NCBI GenBank assembly: GCA_052426225.1 | Contig: JBNJNM010000006.1 | Span: forward strand, 2,356,001-2,420,000 | From: Zancudomyces culisetae HAW-14-8 | Taxonomy: Eukaryota; Fungi; Kickxellomycota | Reading direction: 5' to 3' | Length of the DNA stretch: 64,000 nt | Shown here: piece by piece, positions 44,817 through 58,000 of the stretch | Position numbering within the stretch: position 1 is the first letter of the stretch | Layout: each line of letters starts with the position of its first letter | Made by a program: the position numbers and the translations under genes | The notes under the pieces: generated by a model | Told to the model about the DNA's origin: nothing | The model's database searches: none | The model's input: only the letters and a program-made list of their open reading frames with translations

Positions 44817-46765
44817 TTCGGTAAAAATATATTTCTTGTGTATTTAATTGCTGTCGTTCTGTGTTTTCGTCTTATTACAATATTCTCATTCTACAATACT
44901 TTACAATGAAGGAATAACCATCCATTAGAAAAACGAAATAGCAAGATGTCCAGCTCTAAGAAAATCTTTTTTCTTGTTTGTGCAGGTTGCCTTATATTCC
45001 ACTGCACCACCGTTGTTCTCTGTATCTTTCAATGTCGCTGTATGGAAAGTAAGTTCGTTTTTTTAAAAAAATAAAGCTAAGTCGGCTAAAACACTTGATT
45101 TATTCACCCATTAATACTATATTGGAAAGATATTGAAGAAACATGTATTTTTTTAAGAAGGTGATTTTCAGTTTTACCCTTTACAGCTCAATATTAACAC
45201 TTGTATAAATATTCTTTTAGTACAGACCCAAAAAAAGAACGAGTATTTTGGTATGAGAAACATGAATAGTATTTTTTTTTCCTGTTTTTCCTGTTTTGCC
45301 TGTGTTTTATACTATGAACACTTACACCATTAGGTCAGTTAATTCTCACATTAGAATTCTAGGTGCTCTTTGAAATAAATAAAAACGCAGTTTGTTAATG
45401 GCTTGAGTGTGATATTGTAGCATAAAAGGCAAGTGAAAATGGAATACATACACACTGAGAAATCTAAAACAAAACCTGAAAATTCTAGGATGCTGTTAAT
45501 ATGATAGAAAGGGAAAAACAGACAATTTACCCACACAAAATAAAGAATGAAATGCAAAAATTACGAGGGTATTGCCTACAAAACAACATCAGGCTACATA
45601 AAAAAGGTGAGTGCAATTATAAGCAACCAATTCAAACTATTAGCTGAGTAACCCGCATCAGTATCCGCGGGTGAAAAAAAAGTTTGCTATGCTGAATACA
45701 GCCCTGTTTCGGAACAAATTATTTATTAGCCACTGTTTAGGAAAGGGTATAAAACTAGCTAGAATAACTATTAAATTTTATTTAGAAGGCTCGAGAGCAG
45801 ATTGTTTTTTTGTGTCTGGGCATAAAACCTAATAAGGCAATTATGCCATACATTTCCAATTTTAGAGTCTCTCCCCCACTATTACCCTTCGCTCTTAGCT
45901 TCTTCCCATTCTATGCCCAAAATTTTTTCTATTGGATAAATGTTAGTAGCTGAACTCTAGTTGGGACATCACGTTCTAGGTCAGCTCGCCCTTATAATGT
46001 TGGGGGGGGGTATAGTACATATATATCTGTAACCATTTATAATAAATTAGGGTATTCTAATAGTTACTAAACTCCCTTTATTATGGTTTTCTCACTGCTG
46101 CTGAGTTCAACTTGTGCTTTGTAAAAAGCGAAAAAAAAAAGAGATGCAGCTTCCTGGGGTGGAAGTGAACAGACTATCTATCGATGAGTGTAAAGCCCAG
46201 TTTGAAAGATAGTGGTATCCTGGTATTTTAAACACATTTTATACAAGATATTATAAACTTGACATTTTTTTATAGCTCGCGAAAAACACACAAGAGTTTC
46301 ATACCATGAATCTTCTAGGATAGTTTAACATTGTAATGTTTATCAAGTCGTGATCATTTCCTAGAACTCCATGTTTTTTAAATGCATCTTTTGCTCAATT
46401 TTTTATATATGTACTAAACAATTTCATAAAATGAACTATTAGCCGAAATATTAAAGCGCGACTCTGAGCAAGTTCCAACAACACCTCCCCAAACGATTCG
46501 CTAAACACCGCTATATATTTACTTTTGGTAATCAGAGCTTAGACGCAAATAAAACACATATGTATCATGGATAACATATAAGTGGTGATAAAAAATACGT
46601 TTAAAAACTGTACCGTTCAATATATAATTTATTCTCAGCATGGCTATATAAGGAGTAGGTTGATAACCCCTTAGTTGCAAGTAGTTGTCATTCTTTACTA
46701 TATATATATTTTTTATTCTGAGTACTATACAATATAAATTGTTGGTTAACAATAAGCAAGAGGCT

Positions 46766-47321
46766 ATGGAACCAGATCTGAAAAATAAACTAAAGTTTCT
46801 TAATACCCAGCACAGGGAGGATGGGTTGAGTAGTAGACACAGGGCTGAGAGAAACGTAGGGCGTATTTACACATGTAAGAGCTTTATATTACTTGTGGTA
46901 AATATAGTGCTGATCGCATTGGTGTTTTCACTGTTTGTGTACACAATTTGCTCGTATTCAGGAGAACCCGTGGAAAAACGAGGAGCACCAGTCGGAATAG
47001 TGCTATCATCAGTATTATTACTGTTATTTTTGATTATTTTGATCGTTTCATTTAAGGTAAGATTGAGTTGAAAGTAGGTTGATGTGATACCAGGGTAAAA
47101 AGTACTAATTGAGCATAATTACATAGGCGTATAAGACGTATAAGGTAAAACGAAACGTCGAGATTGCAATGGCTGAAAGTGGAGTCAACACCAGTGTAAT
47201 CGGAGGTAACTATGAAGGCACTTCCATTAATGGTAGTATGTACAGAAACCGCGAAAACCTAGTAAAGAAATCAGTAGACACTGTAATTTCTTTTGATGAA
47301 TCAGTTTGTACATACTGTTGA
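46766..47321 (+). CDS. Hypothetical 161-aa two-TM protein; exons 46766-47056 and 47127-47321
   Basis: Two hydrophobic helices; phase-0 intron (GTAAGA...TACTAAT...TAG); open frame to TGA at 47319-47321. Confidence 0.7.
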
Positions 47322-48117
47322 TGTTTATTGTTCTCGTTAAACATTCGATTATCTTTTGAGCGATTCTAAGCCCTAAAAATAAATTCGTTATAACACATGG
47401 GATTCTTCCTTCCTCAAAGAAGGATCGGCCACCGGTATTTTGCGTAAAATCAGCGATGCTAGAGTATCTCATAGAAAGTTCATTTTAAAACCCTCTGATC
47501 TCTGTGAATGTGCCGCTTGGTGGCTATAGATGTACAACACCACTTCAATTGAAAATGAAAACTCAAGCACCTGTTCTGGCTAGAATCAGCCATATTTGGC
47601 CTTACTTAAAGCGGTTTAAGAATTTTGAAGCCAAATCATTTTATTCGCACTTTTTATGCAGTATTGAATCGCCAGATTGCTGAAATAGAGCATTTTAGCT
47701 CTTCTCATTTGTTATTTTTTATTAGTTAATAGGCACCTTTAATGGATACGAAATATATCAGCCATTTACCATGCATAAACCGCTTAGTTCATTAACCAAA
47801 TGTTAGCAGGTGGAAAGGCTGTCCAAATTATTCCACAAGTTTTTTTTTTTACCAATTTGCGATTTAATGGTATTTAAAATGATCAAGTTTAACTGCTGGA
47901 CAAATAGAATTGGTGGAATTCTTCATTCTAAGCATATGCGACTATTATCAAATCGCAAATTGAAATACTCTATTAAATCATTGAATTTTGGCGTTTCTGA
48001 GCTCTAACCTGAACTATATAACTGTAAAGTGCCAAACTTTACAACAAAAAATTTTTTATTCGCCAACAACTACATTTTACACATTCAAGTATCTGTTGGA
48101 ATTTTGAGTTTTGGAAA

Positions 48118-49160
48118 ATGGCAAGAGAGTCAAATGGAATGGTAAAGAGCTACCTGATTGCTTACAACGTAATCTCGAGTTTGGCCTGGGCATATATTTT
48201 GCAGGAAACGATAAAACATTATATAAGCGGAAATGGTAAAGATACCCTTTTCGAAACAGTTGGAGCAAATCTGATTGCTGTGCAAACCATGGCAATGCTA
48301 GAGGTAAAGCATCATACTTGCATTTGTGTGTTCAATCTTGATATAAACTAGCCAACTAACCTCCTTTGCGGAAAATAAATAGATTGTACACGCATTTACA
48401 GGTAAAATTCCATTCAAATGGGTTATTTTTCCCTATTGAGTTTGTTTTTTATTATGGCTATACTTTGTAACCCGCTAATAAACTATGGATTAGTAACAGT
48501 AAATTGCTATAAAAAAAGTAAACTGTTGTTAATAATTAGGTATCGTAAGAAGTGGCCTAGCAACCACTGTTCCACAAGTATTCTCGCGCGAACTGATTGT
48601 TTGGGGCATTCTATATTTGTTCAAAGAGAGTGATGTTGTTGAAAGTGTTGGATTGACCATTGTTATCGTTGCATGGGGTATAACAGAGGTTGTACGGTAT
48701 GCCTTCTACGCAGCAGCGATTCTGAAGCTCGAGATATACCCAATTGTATGGGCTAGGTACAGTCTATTCTATGCCCTTTACCCACTCGGTGTATCTGGTG
48801 AAATGACACTCATATATGCATCGCTAGCAGAAGCATATAAACTCTCGCCAATATACTACTATTTCTTGGTTGCTTCGCTTCCACTATACATTCCAGGTGA
48901 GTTTTTTTCTATACCTAAAAACTGAATCACTTAATAGAAACGGTCGTATCATATTTATTTAGATTGCTAATGGGAAATGGTATGCTCATAATCAACGTTT
49001 GATAAATATATAAACACACGCATATTGTACAATAGGTCTTGCTGCTCTTTATACACATATGATCAAACAAAGAGGAAAGGCGCTTGGAAAAATTTCCAAA
49101 TCTGGCCAAGAAAAGACCGCATCCGGTAAAAAGGGCTCTGATAAGAAGAAGAGAGCATAA
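48118..49160 (+). CDS. PHS1: Very-long-chain 3-hydroxyacyl-CoA dehydratase (Phs1/HACD); exons 48118-48303, 48383-48401, 48540-48896, 49036-49160
   Basis: YLIAYN, QTMAMLE-IVH, QVFSR, WGITEVVRYAFY, RYSLFYALYPLGVSGE, LYTHMIKQR; ER-retrieval-like KKRA end. Confidence 0.92.
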
Positions 49161-49665
49161 TATAGCTGATATTTCACTTTTTTAGCCTATCATTTTCTGG
49201 TTTTGAGATTATTTAACAACTAATGGCCTTGAAAACCGCAAATTCAATAAAGAAAATGAAAACAAAAACGAAAACAAATAATAGAGGATTGGTGGGTACA
49301 ACAGGTAATATGATCATTGAACCCTGGGGGGTTTTGGTCAATATGAGCAGAGTATGAGCCATTCTACTTCAAAAAAATTTTGTTTATTGCTCATCTATTT
49401 GCTAGTTTTCTGTTTTTCAGGATTAAACAATAGCAGTAGCTACTATATATATTCTGGTGGCAATAAACATCCTATGAAAAGCAGATGTAATGACAGTACA
49501 GTCAAAAAAAAGGAGTATCATTAAAGTATAAGTACTTATACAACTCAATAATTTCATCTATGGGTGAGTCTATCTATTAACAGGTGAGTGATTGTAAAAA
49601 AACACGGATTAAATGATGCGTTTAGTTGGTGCTCCTAAAAGCTGGGTATAAAGATCCAAGTATAT

Positions 49666-50668
49666 CTAAGGAAGCATCTCCACTAAAATAGAGAGAATCT
49701 TCTTTTGCTTCATCATCAACTCCTTATCGCTTGTAACTCGAAATAAAGGAATTCCTAGCTATTTTTTAAAGTATAAGTTTCATGTTTAGCCGCAGCAAAG
49801 TGGAACAATATCAATGGGTATTAAAAATGCTTACCTTTTCAAGAGATTGTTGCTGATGCGTGATTATTTGCTGGAATTTGTTTCCAAGTTCAAGATCCAC
49901 ATCAAGCGCGCTTTTTTCATTGTTTTTCCATCCAGTGCCCTTGCTTGATGATACTGTCATGTTTTTTATTCTCACTGACCGGGAAAGAAAAGCTTTATGT
50001 TCGAAATCAGCCTATTTTTGAGAATTATAAATTCGTTCTGATAAAACCATACAAAAAAAGCATGTAGATCCACACGGAGACTTTGAACTCTTAAGAAAAA
50101 AATGTTTTAGTCGAAGATTACCTGTTGTTGTGCAAGCTGGCGAATTTCTCTGACCAAACGTGGGTTTCGCATAATACAGGCCAGCTTTATTAAGGCTTCA
50201 GGCGTTATATCGTTGAGTTTAGTCCAATCGGGCTCGTGAGAGTCTTCCAGTGCCGTTGTATCTTCTAGAACTTTTCTCTTTTTCCTATCGTTTCCATAAT
50301 ATTCTTCAGAACCTTGTGAAGGAGGATCAGCACGAGTATAGGAAAATTCGAGTTGTTCGGCAGGTTGCATATGTGCCACATTTACACTTTCAAGATTTAT
50401 TTGCATCTGGTTGCCCCGAAATTCACTTTCATTGTGTGATTCACATTTTCTTTGATTCTCCTCCTAGAAAACAAATTGAAAAAGTCGAGGATTAAGTATT
50501 TAAACTGGCTCTACAAATATGGAACGCTAAAGTGTAGTATGTTGAGAACGGCATTATTAACTGAAAGCTTACCCCGGAACGCTGTTGCAACCTGATATTC
50601 GAAGGCTTGTTGTTTATTTTTTCGAGAAAAGTGAGAACATTGTTCAGGTTATTGATTCCATCGGCCAT
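49666..50668 (-). CDS. Conserved fungal hypothetical protein, DUF2458-like, 4 exons
   Basis: Spliced reading gives ...IRQLAQQQADFEH...HQQQSLEKLGIPLFRV...KQKKILSILVEMLP*, which resembles my recollection of the DUF2458 C-terminus; donors GTAAGC/GTAATC/GTAAGC. Confidence 0.6.
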
Positions 50669-51195
50669 ATTAAATCTAAGGGAAAACAAATATGACGGAG
50701 CAAATCGAGATCCTAGATGAATAAAATCGATACTAAAAGAGAATCCACTATATTTCCAATCTGGTATGTTTGTGCATGTAACTGCGGCTCGTAGATCCTA
50801 ACCTAGCCGGGTAGAGGGATATGAATAATACTCGAACTTGATGTGAAAAAACTAGCTAAAAAAGATTAGTATTGGGTAAAGTTGGATAAATCATCAACTT
50901 ATTTTGGGTTTTAGAATGTGAATGATTATATTTGTACTTAAACTAAAAATGATTGGCAAATACAGCGACTAATTTACATGAGGTTGGCGTGGTTTTATGG
51001 GAATAAAATTGATCGTTTGTCCTTAAAGCAGCCGCCACTCTCAAACAAAATTAAAGCGATTAAAGATACACAAGACTAGTTTACTTTGTAAGCTGAATGA
51101 TTTCATACAGACAGGGAAAAAGTCTATTTACATACACTAAATTTTTAGGTAAAGATAAGCGATATATATTTAATAGTGTTACAACTTTAAAGAAG

Positions 51196-52573
51196 ATGAG
51201 CGAAATTACTGAGCAACCTGTTGAACTTCACAACAATGAGGAAAGGGATGTCGAAATTGAACATAACCTCAAGGAGGTGACTGAACTCTTGGAGAAGCAC
51301 AAGACCACGCCGGTAAGACTATTTTTTAAAAAAAGTAAAAATAAAGGATAGGAACAATTATAAAGATAGAGTGATGATTGATAGCACAAGATAAATCATT
51401 TCAAAAATAAAAAATAGAATTGCAGGTTAGTCTGCGTATCTAAAACTAAACCGGAAAGCGACATATATTCCGCCTTCAACAGGGGATATTCTCATTTCGG
51501 TGAAAACTATGTATGTTTCTTTTAACTTCTACTTTAAATATATCACTTTTAAAAAAAGTATAGTACAACACACTCACTCACAATGTCCTTATCAGGCCTA
51601 TTCAAGAGGAAACAATACGTTTATTGGTGTGGGTGAGGCAGTGAATTATCCATTTTGGTTTGATGTGTATGTTTAATGTATTGATTGTAATTTCTTATTG
51701 TGAAAATGATAGCTTCAAGAGTTGGAAAGAAAAGCAAAAAACGTAAGTTCTAACTATCTACGCTCTACTGGATAAATTTATTCCTTATATGATCTATGCA
51801 ATCAATATAGTTACCTAAAGAGATAAAGTGGCATTTTATTGGGCGTCTTCAAAGCAACAAGATCAAGTCGTTGGCAGGTACGTCCTTAATAACAGCATAC
51901 TCAACTGTACGGGTGTACTATCAATGAATGTCCTTTCAAAGTCTCAATAGCACTTAAAAGTAACAAAAATTTGATTATTCCACGTACTTGGACTAACTAG
52001 CTATTTCAAATCTGTGGGCTGTTGAAACAATTGATTCTTTGGAAAAGGCGAAAAAGTTGAACGCTGCCTGGATTGCTCAAAACCCTTCAACTAAGCTTAA
52101 CATTTATGTACAAGTAAATACAAGCGAGGAACCAAGTAAGTTCCTTCAATTTATTTTTATATATCTTTCCAACAAAAAAAAACTGTTACTTGACATCTGT
52201 TTACCCAAATAATAATTGCTGAACTTAAACCAATATTTAAACGAGCTTTGTTTTCTGGAAAAAAAATGAAATAGACAAAGGAGGACTCGAGGCTGACGAC
52301 TTAAGCACCACTTTAGGATCTATCGTAAAAGAGTGTTCAGGCCTTAATCTACTAGGATTGATGACTATTGGATCAGTAGAAAACTCTAACACCATTCCCA
52401 ACCCAGACTTTATCAAATTGGGTGCCTTGAGGGATAAATACCAATCCGAGCTTGGTGTTAGTTTAGAAGTCAGTATGGGAATGTCAGATGACTTTGTACA
52501 TGCGCTGGAGCTGGGCAGCAACAATATTCGGGTTGGATCCAAAATATTTGGTCGCAGAAACTACAACGCATAG
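51196..52573 (+). CDS. PLPBP: Pyridoxal-phosphate homeostasis protein (YggS/PROSC/PLPBP), multi-exon
   Basis: Exon translations RLVCVSKTKP, FGENY, WHFIGRLQSNK, VQVNTSGE, GLMTIG, SMGMSDDF, RVGSKIFG. Confidence 0.93.
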
Positions 52574-55083
52574 AAACACTCAAACTGACTGCAATCCAGT
52601 CATAACCCACCTAGCGATTTTTAGCTTTTTGCTGTTTTATTTATCATTCTTTTTTATGGTTTTTTTTGGGGGGTTGTTGATACTTTTGTAGTCGTAGGAG
52701 GGTGAGAAGGGGGGGCGCTCAAGGCTATTCTATCTCTAAATAAAGAGGCATGCAGTAGTGTGAAAATTGCGATGTGTTCCAATTGTTGGCCAACTATTAG
52801 TATATTTGCCACAAACATGCCTGTTCACTTGGGTCCGAAAATTAAATATGATTGCTCGAGGCTTGGAGCCAAGGAAACCTGAAATCTGAAATCTGAAATC
52901 TAACATAAAATCTGTTCCTACAAAAGTCAATATTCAGGGTTTGCTAGAAATTGTTTTGACCCTTCTTTGGTAATGGTTTGGTTTATATGAAAAAAAATGC
53001 ATTTTCGTAATTGAAAACGCACAAATATTCTTTCGTTTTTTCATTTGCCAGTTTTGTTTGAATTAACAGTTTTCGTGTTTGGTGATTGTTTGTACAACAG
53101 AGTTTATTAATATTTTTTTAATTTATGTCCACTTCCTAAATTGGATAAAACTAAAATAGCACAAAGTTCTTTGTATCTAATTTGCGTCTTCAAACAAATA
53201 AAACTCGAGAATTTTCAATTGAATTAATATGAGAAAGCTAAGCTAAATTCCCCTAGGTTTCACTAGATTTCGCTGGACTTGGCTGGGTTTGCCGAAGCTT
53301 GAAAAAAATGAAAGCAATGCTGACGGGAAACTGACAGGAATGAATGTTTGTTTGTAATAGCGAGATTAAGCACAGCATAGCAGTATGCTAGTGAGTAGGT
53401 AAAAGTGTGAGCGTGCGGTATGGATAATGATAATGGGTTGTTGTCCAGGATCACATCCTATTTTTTTCTGAACAACTTGTGTGTTTTTATGGGCAGAAAA
53501 TGTTGTACTTTTATGAGCTACTGTTTATTCGCTTATACCTCAAATGATGAATCAAACAGACATAACAAATATGGAAATGGAGTTTACTAAGCCAAGTTAT
53601 ATCCGCTAAATGATTAGTTGTAAATTAGTAAAGATTTTCTTGCATTCTTTCAAAGAACGCAAATATTTAACCATATGTAGTTGATTCCCAACACAGCAAG
53701 AAATAAACAAATCGACTGAAGTGCATTCATCGTTGTATAGCAGCAGTTTGGTATGGAAAGTATTATTTTTGAAGTAAATGTTTTGGATATTAATCCAACT
53801 TTCTATAAATTGAAATTAACTGGAAGAAAGCAGCTGAAATAACGGTAGTGTGGAGTAATCTGGATGAAAACAATCGGGCAAAGTTTTTTTTTTGGGGGGG
53901 GGAGACCAAATCCACATCCAACTCTGGTATTTTTTTTATAGGAAAGCGTGCAATGCTTGAATTTTCAAACCAGTTTAACAAAAAAAGAGAGCGGTTTTAA
54001 ATTGGAATGTTGCCCTACTAAATTGATAAGCATGGTGTCAATGGGCAAAGGTATCAAGAAAAGAACCAAACCAGCCAATCTGCCATTAAATTATTATCCT
54101 CGATACCACTCCTAATAGCGCTGCAATATTTTGTTTAACTATGGGTCTAGTGAGTGTTTTTGTCGATCCTTGCCTTACATTGAAGCTAAAGGACAGTTTC
54201 AACATTTGTACACATTTCTAACTATTTCTAAAAAAAAATTAAAAAAATAACAATAATACTCGCGAAAAATTATAGTAAACAAACTGTTTGGATAAACACA
54301 ACATTTTTGGAAGTTTTGTTTTCCATATTAAAAAAATTAGTGAAAATTAGAGTTAATGAGAGTGTTGCTGAGACACATGAAAAATTATGAATAAGCTCAA
54401 GACGAACTAGCAAAAAAAAAATTTTGAGTATACTGCTAATGCTAGATTCAAGCAATATTTTTTTTTGAGCATTGGACAATTGTAAAAGCAACGTAAAAGG
54501 TATTTTGGGGCAAAGCGAAAGTAAAAGCACTGAGCACGAGCAGTTGTATCTAATCGGATATAGGTTAAAGGAAAAATCCTAAAAAGCGGCGCAATCGGGT
54601 TATAAAAGTAAGAGGTAAATAGTACAACTTTCAGAGGCAGTGTTGGATCAGAGAACAAGTTCCGTGTTCGCTGCATAATTTACCTGTTGTGCAAATTTAA
54701 TTTATACATCCGATTCTAAAAAAAACTACGCCATTCAAAAGTAATTATATTTTGTTGCCTGGTTCGCAAGAAAGGAATAAAAAACAACATAAATCGATAA
54801 GAGAACATTTACAATTTAAGCATTCTAGGCTGTGTGATAGCAACGACCTATTTATAAGTGCGATAGAATAGAGGATCGAGTTTAAAGTGCTGTATTTTCG
54901 AATTCGACTATTGACAAAAGGAACAGCTAGAAATAAGCGGCATACGAAAAGGGATAAGTAGCATCAAGGAAAGGAACTGTAATCGGATATCGTAAATAAA
55001 CGATACCAAAAGGATGTAAAAGGCCCCTTCTTTCTTTGTTTTAGGCTATTTCTTATTATTTGGTAGAAAAAAAAACGAATAAT

Positions 55084-58000
55084 ATGGAAGTACATACGGG
55101 CAGAGTATTAAGAAAGGAATTTATAGGCAAGGAAGACACACTTATAGAGAGAGGTTTGGTATCAGAAAAATCATTAAGTCGGGACGCAGAGTACCAACTT
55201 TTTTATGATAACTATGCCAGGACAAACAAAAAATCAAATAATATAATGGATAGTAAACTAGACGAAAGCATAGACAACTATAATGGAAAAAATAAAGCGA
55301 GAGTGAACCAGGAATCAAGACCCGCCCTAAGTAGTTACATTGACAACACTAGTATGTATGGCAGCGAGATATTTGATGGCGATGGCGATGGCGATGAACT
55401 AGGGCTTAGTTTGAAGGATGATCCATTATTTGACAATAATGCGATAATTCGGCGAATAATGACAAATCAAACCAAAAATCAAAAGTATATAGATGGAGGG
55501 GGTGGGCATACCGACGAAAGTCGCAGCTATGATATCTCCAAAATTAAGGAAAGGCATATACCTTCTAAAATCGAAAAAAATGTCAAGAGGGCTGAAAAGA
55601 AGGAGACACCTAAAAGTGAACCTGTGGCTGAGAGTGCGAATGGGGATAAGGAAAAGGCAGCGACCGTTACGGGTGCCAGTAAGAGGCGCGTGGTTCCGAA
55701 ACGGATATTCGAAAAGGAATATCGGGAAAGTTTTCGGCCCAAGGTGATTCCAGAGGAAGTTCAGAGGCGCAGATTAAAAACAAAAAGCAGGTCGACAAGC
55801 TTAGTAGTTGCTCCAGGCCAGAATGACGGTGGAAAAGAGGTTGAGATGGGCAAGCTGGACACTTTAAGTGCAATGGAAGCAATGAATGAACAGATAGACA
55901 AGCAAATGGCGTTAATAAACGGCAGAAATATTCAAAAGAAGGATAATGGCGAAAGCACCACTAATAGCAAAAACGGTAACGGTAGCAAACAGAATGGTGG
56001 GGAACAAAAAACGGGGCGGGAAGTGTATGCGGTGCCGGATGACAGTGTAGCGGTGGTTCAGGATGAAGAAAAAATTAAGGCGTTGGTGAGCAATGCAAAA
56101 AGGATTATTAATATGATGAGAAGTAAGAAAACCCCATTTAGTGATGAGGCGGAAAGCATGGGGGAGGAAAGTAAAGAGCGCAAGGAGATCCAGCTTAATA
56201 GGTTTGCAGTTACCGATTCTGAAGAACAAGATGATGTGGATAACGGAAGTGAGCCAGATATATCTGTGGATGAATCTCGAAACGATACAGATGATCGATA
56301 TGGTGGTGAAAGTAACCCAACGACAGACGATATGACAGGAGTAAGCCAAATTCATGCGTTTGACAGCTTTCCATCCCTAAACAGGTACGGAAGCATCAAC
56401 AGCGTTAATGATGTACAAATATATGGACGGGATAATAGTGTGGGGATAGGACTGAGCAATTACGGACTAAAAGCGATACAGGTTGGACGTAGTAACAGTA
56501 GTAGTGTTGCTGACAGGGCAGGGAGTGATAAGAACAAGAACAGGAAAAATAGAACGTTTGCAGCTAGAGGGGGCAAAGGCGACTATTTTAGGTCTTCGAC
56601 GTTCAATATAGGAAATGGTGATACCGAAGATGGACAAGCTACAAGAAAAAACAATAGGTATAACGGCGGAGTCAAACAAAGCGGCTCAGAAAGGTTACTC
56701 GAAAAGCTTGGTAATTTTAGCGTTGAGGATATACATAGTGGAAAAGGGGAGGTAGGAGCTAACCAGAGTGACAGTAGCTCGGATTTTGTCAAGAGAGACC
56801 GAGCAGGCAGTGAAAACAAGCACCATCGACATAACAAACACGAAATTTATGAAGGTGAGAAATTAAAGCCTACTGCAAACAAACTAAAGGGTGGCTTGAA
56901 CCAAAAAGGCAACAGTTCGGTTGACTTTTATCGGGAAAGTACAAACAGCCCAAATATAAAACAAATGGCTCTTTTAAACAATGGGGGAAAGGGTGTCAAT
57001 ACATTACCCAACGATAGCCAACTTGACTTTTACGATCCGTTTTCAGTTAACAGTATAGACCGACATGATTTACACGATGAGAAGTTAAGTGTGTTCGATG
57101 ACCACAAGTCAACCAATATGCTTGGTGGGCTAATAGCAGACCCTAAATCTGGAAGACTTGGTAGTGAGTACGCACCGAACCAAAGAGGGCTGAGGGCAAA
57201 TATTGCTGCCAAAAAGGATAACCAAGCTGATAATTCAGGCGGAAAACAAAAGCAAGGATTTCGCAGGCTCCAGGTAATAGAATCATATTCGATGGCTTCC
57301 GAACAGGGTGGTGAAAACCATCAAGATTATGACGAAGATGGCGCCGAAAGTGAAAGCGGTGATTACACAGATGGGAGCGAATATGAAACCGAAGATGAAA
57401 GCCAAAACGAGGCTGAGGGCAGCGATGTTTTATCGACGTCACAACTAGCAAGAATCACGTCACCATCGGCTCGACCGCGGTTACAGACACTGGCAAGTCA
57501 TGTATCAACACAAAGCCATTCCAGCTATAGTGTGGAACGAGTCGGATCACCAATTAATCGCAGCTTGGTGCCTCCAAGAATTGAGTCGGCAAACGCGCTA
57601 ATAAATGGATTATCACCAAACACATCCCGAAAGGTATTGTTTTCGTCATCATCCAACATCTCTAGTGAGGTGCTTGGTCTTTCGTTTACCAGCAGCATTG
57701 ATAAGCTGTCACCGTTTTCCAACAGCATGCTTCCACTTGACAATAACGTGAATGCAAGTGGCGCTTCGTCGTCAATAAGCATTGAAAACAATATATATCG
57801 TAAAGCGCAACGAAGACATGTAGGAATCCAGGTAAACACGAAAAAGCAAGGACCTGATGAGATTACCGCTCGGACTGCAGAAAAAGCCAATAAACAGTTG
57901 TATACAATGTTGGTGACCTTACACCACCAATTTGGTGAGTTGAAAACCAAATACTTTACCGATGTTACAAGACTCAAAAACCTGCTAGACGAATCTAACA

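Noticed and set aside
14247-52573. B-vitamin gene cluster (lumazine synthase plus PLPBP)
   Set aside because: The genes are about 36 kb apart with unrelated housekeeping genes between them.
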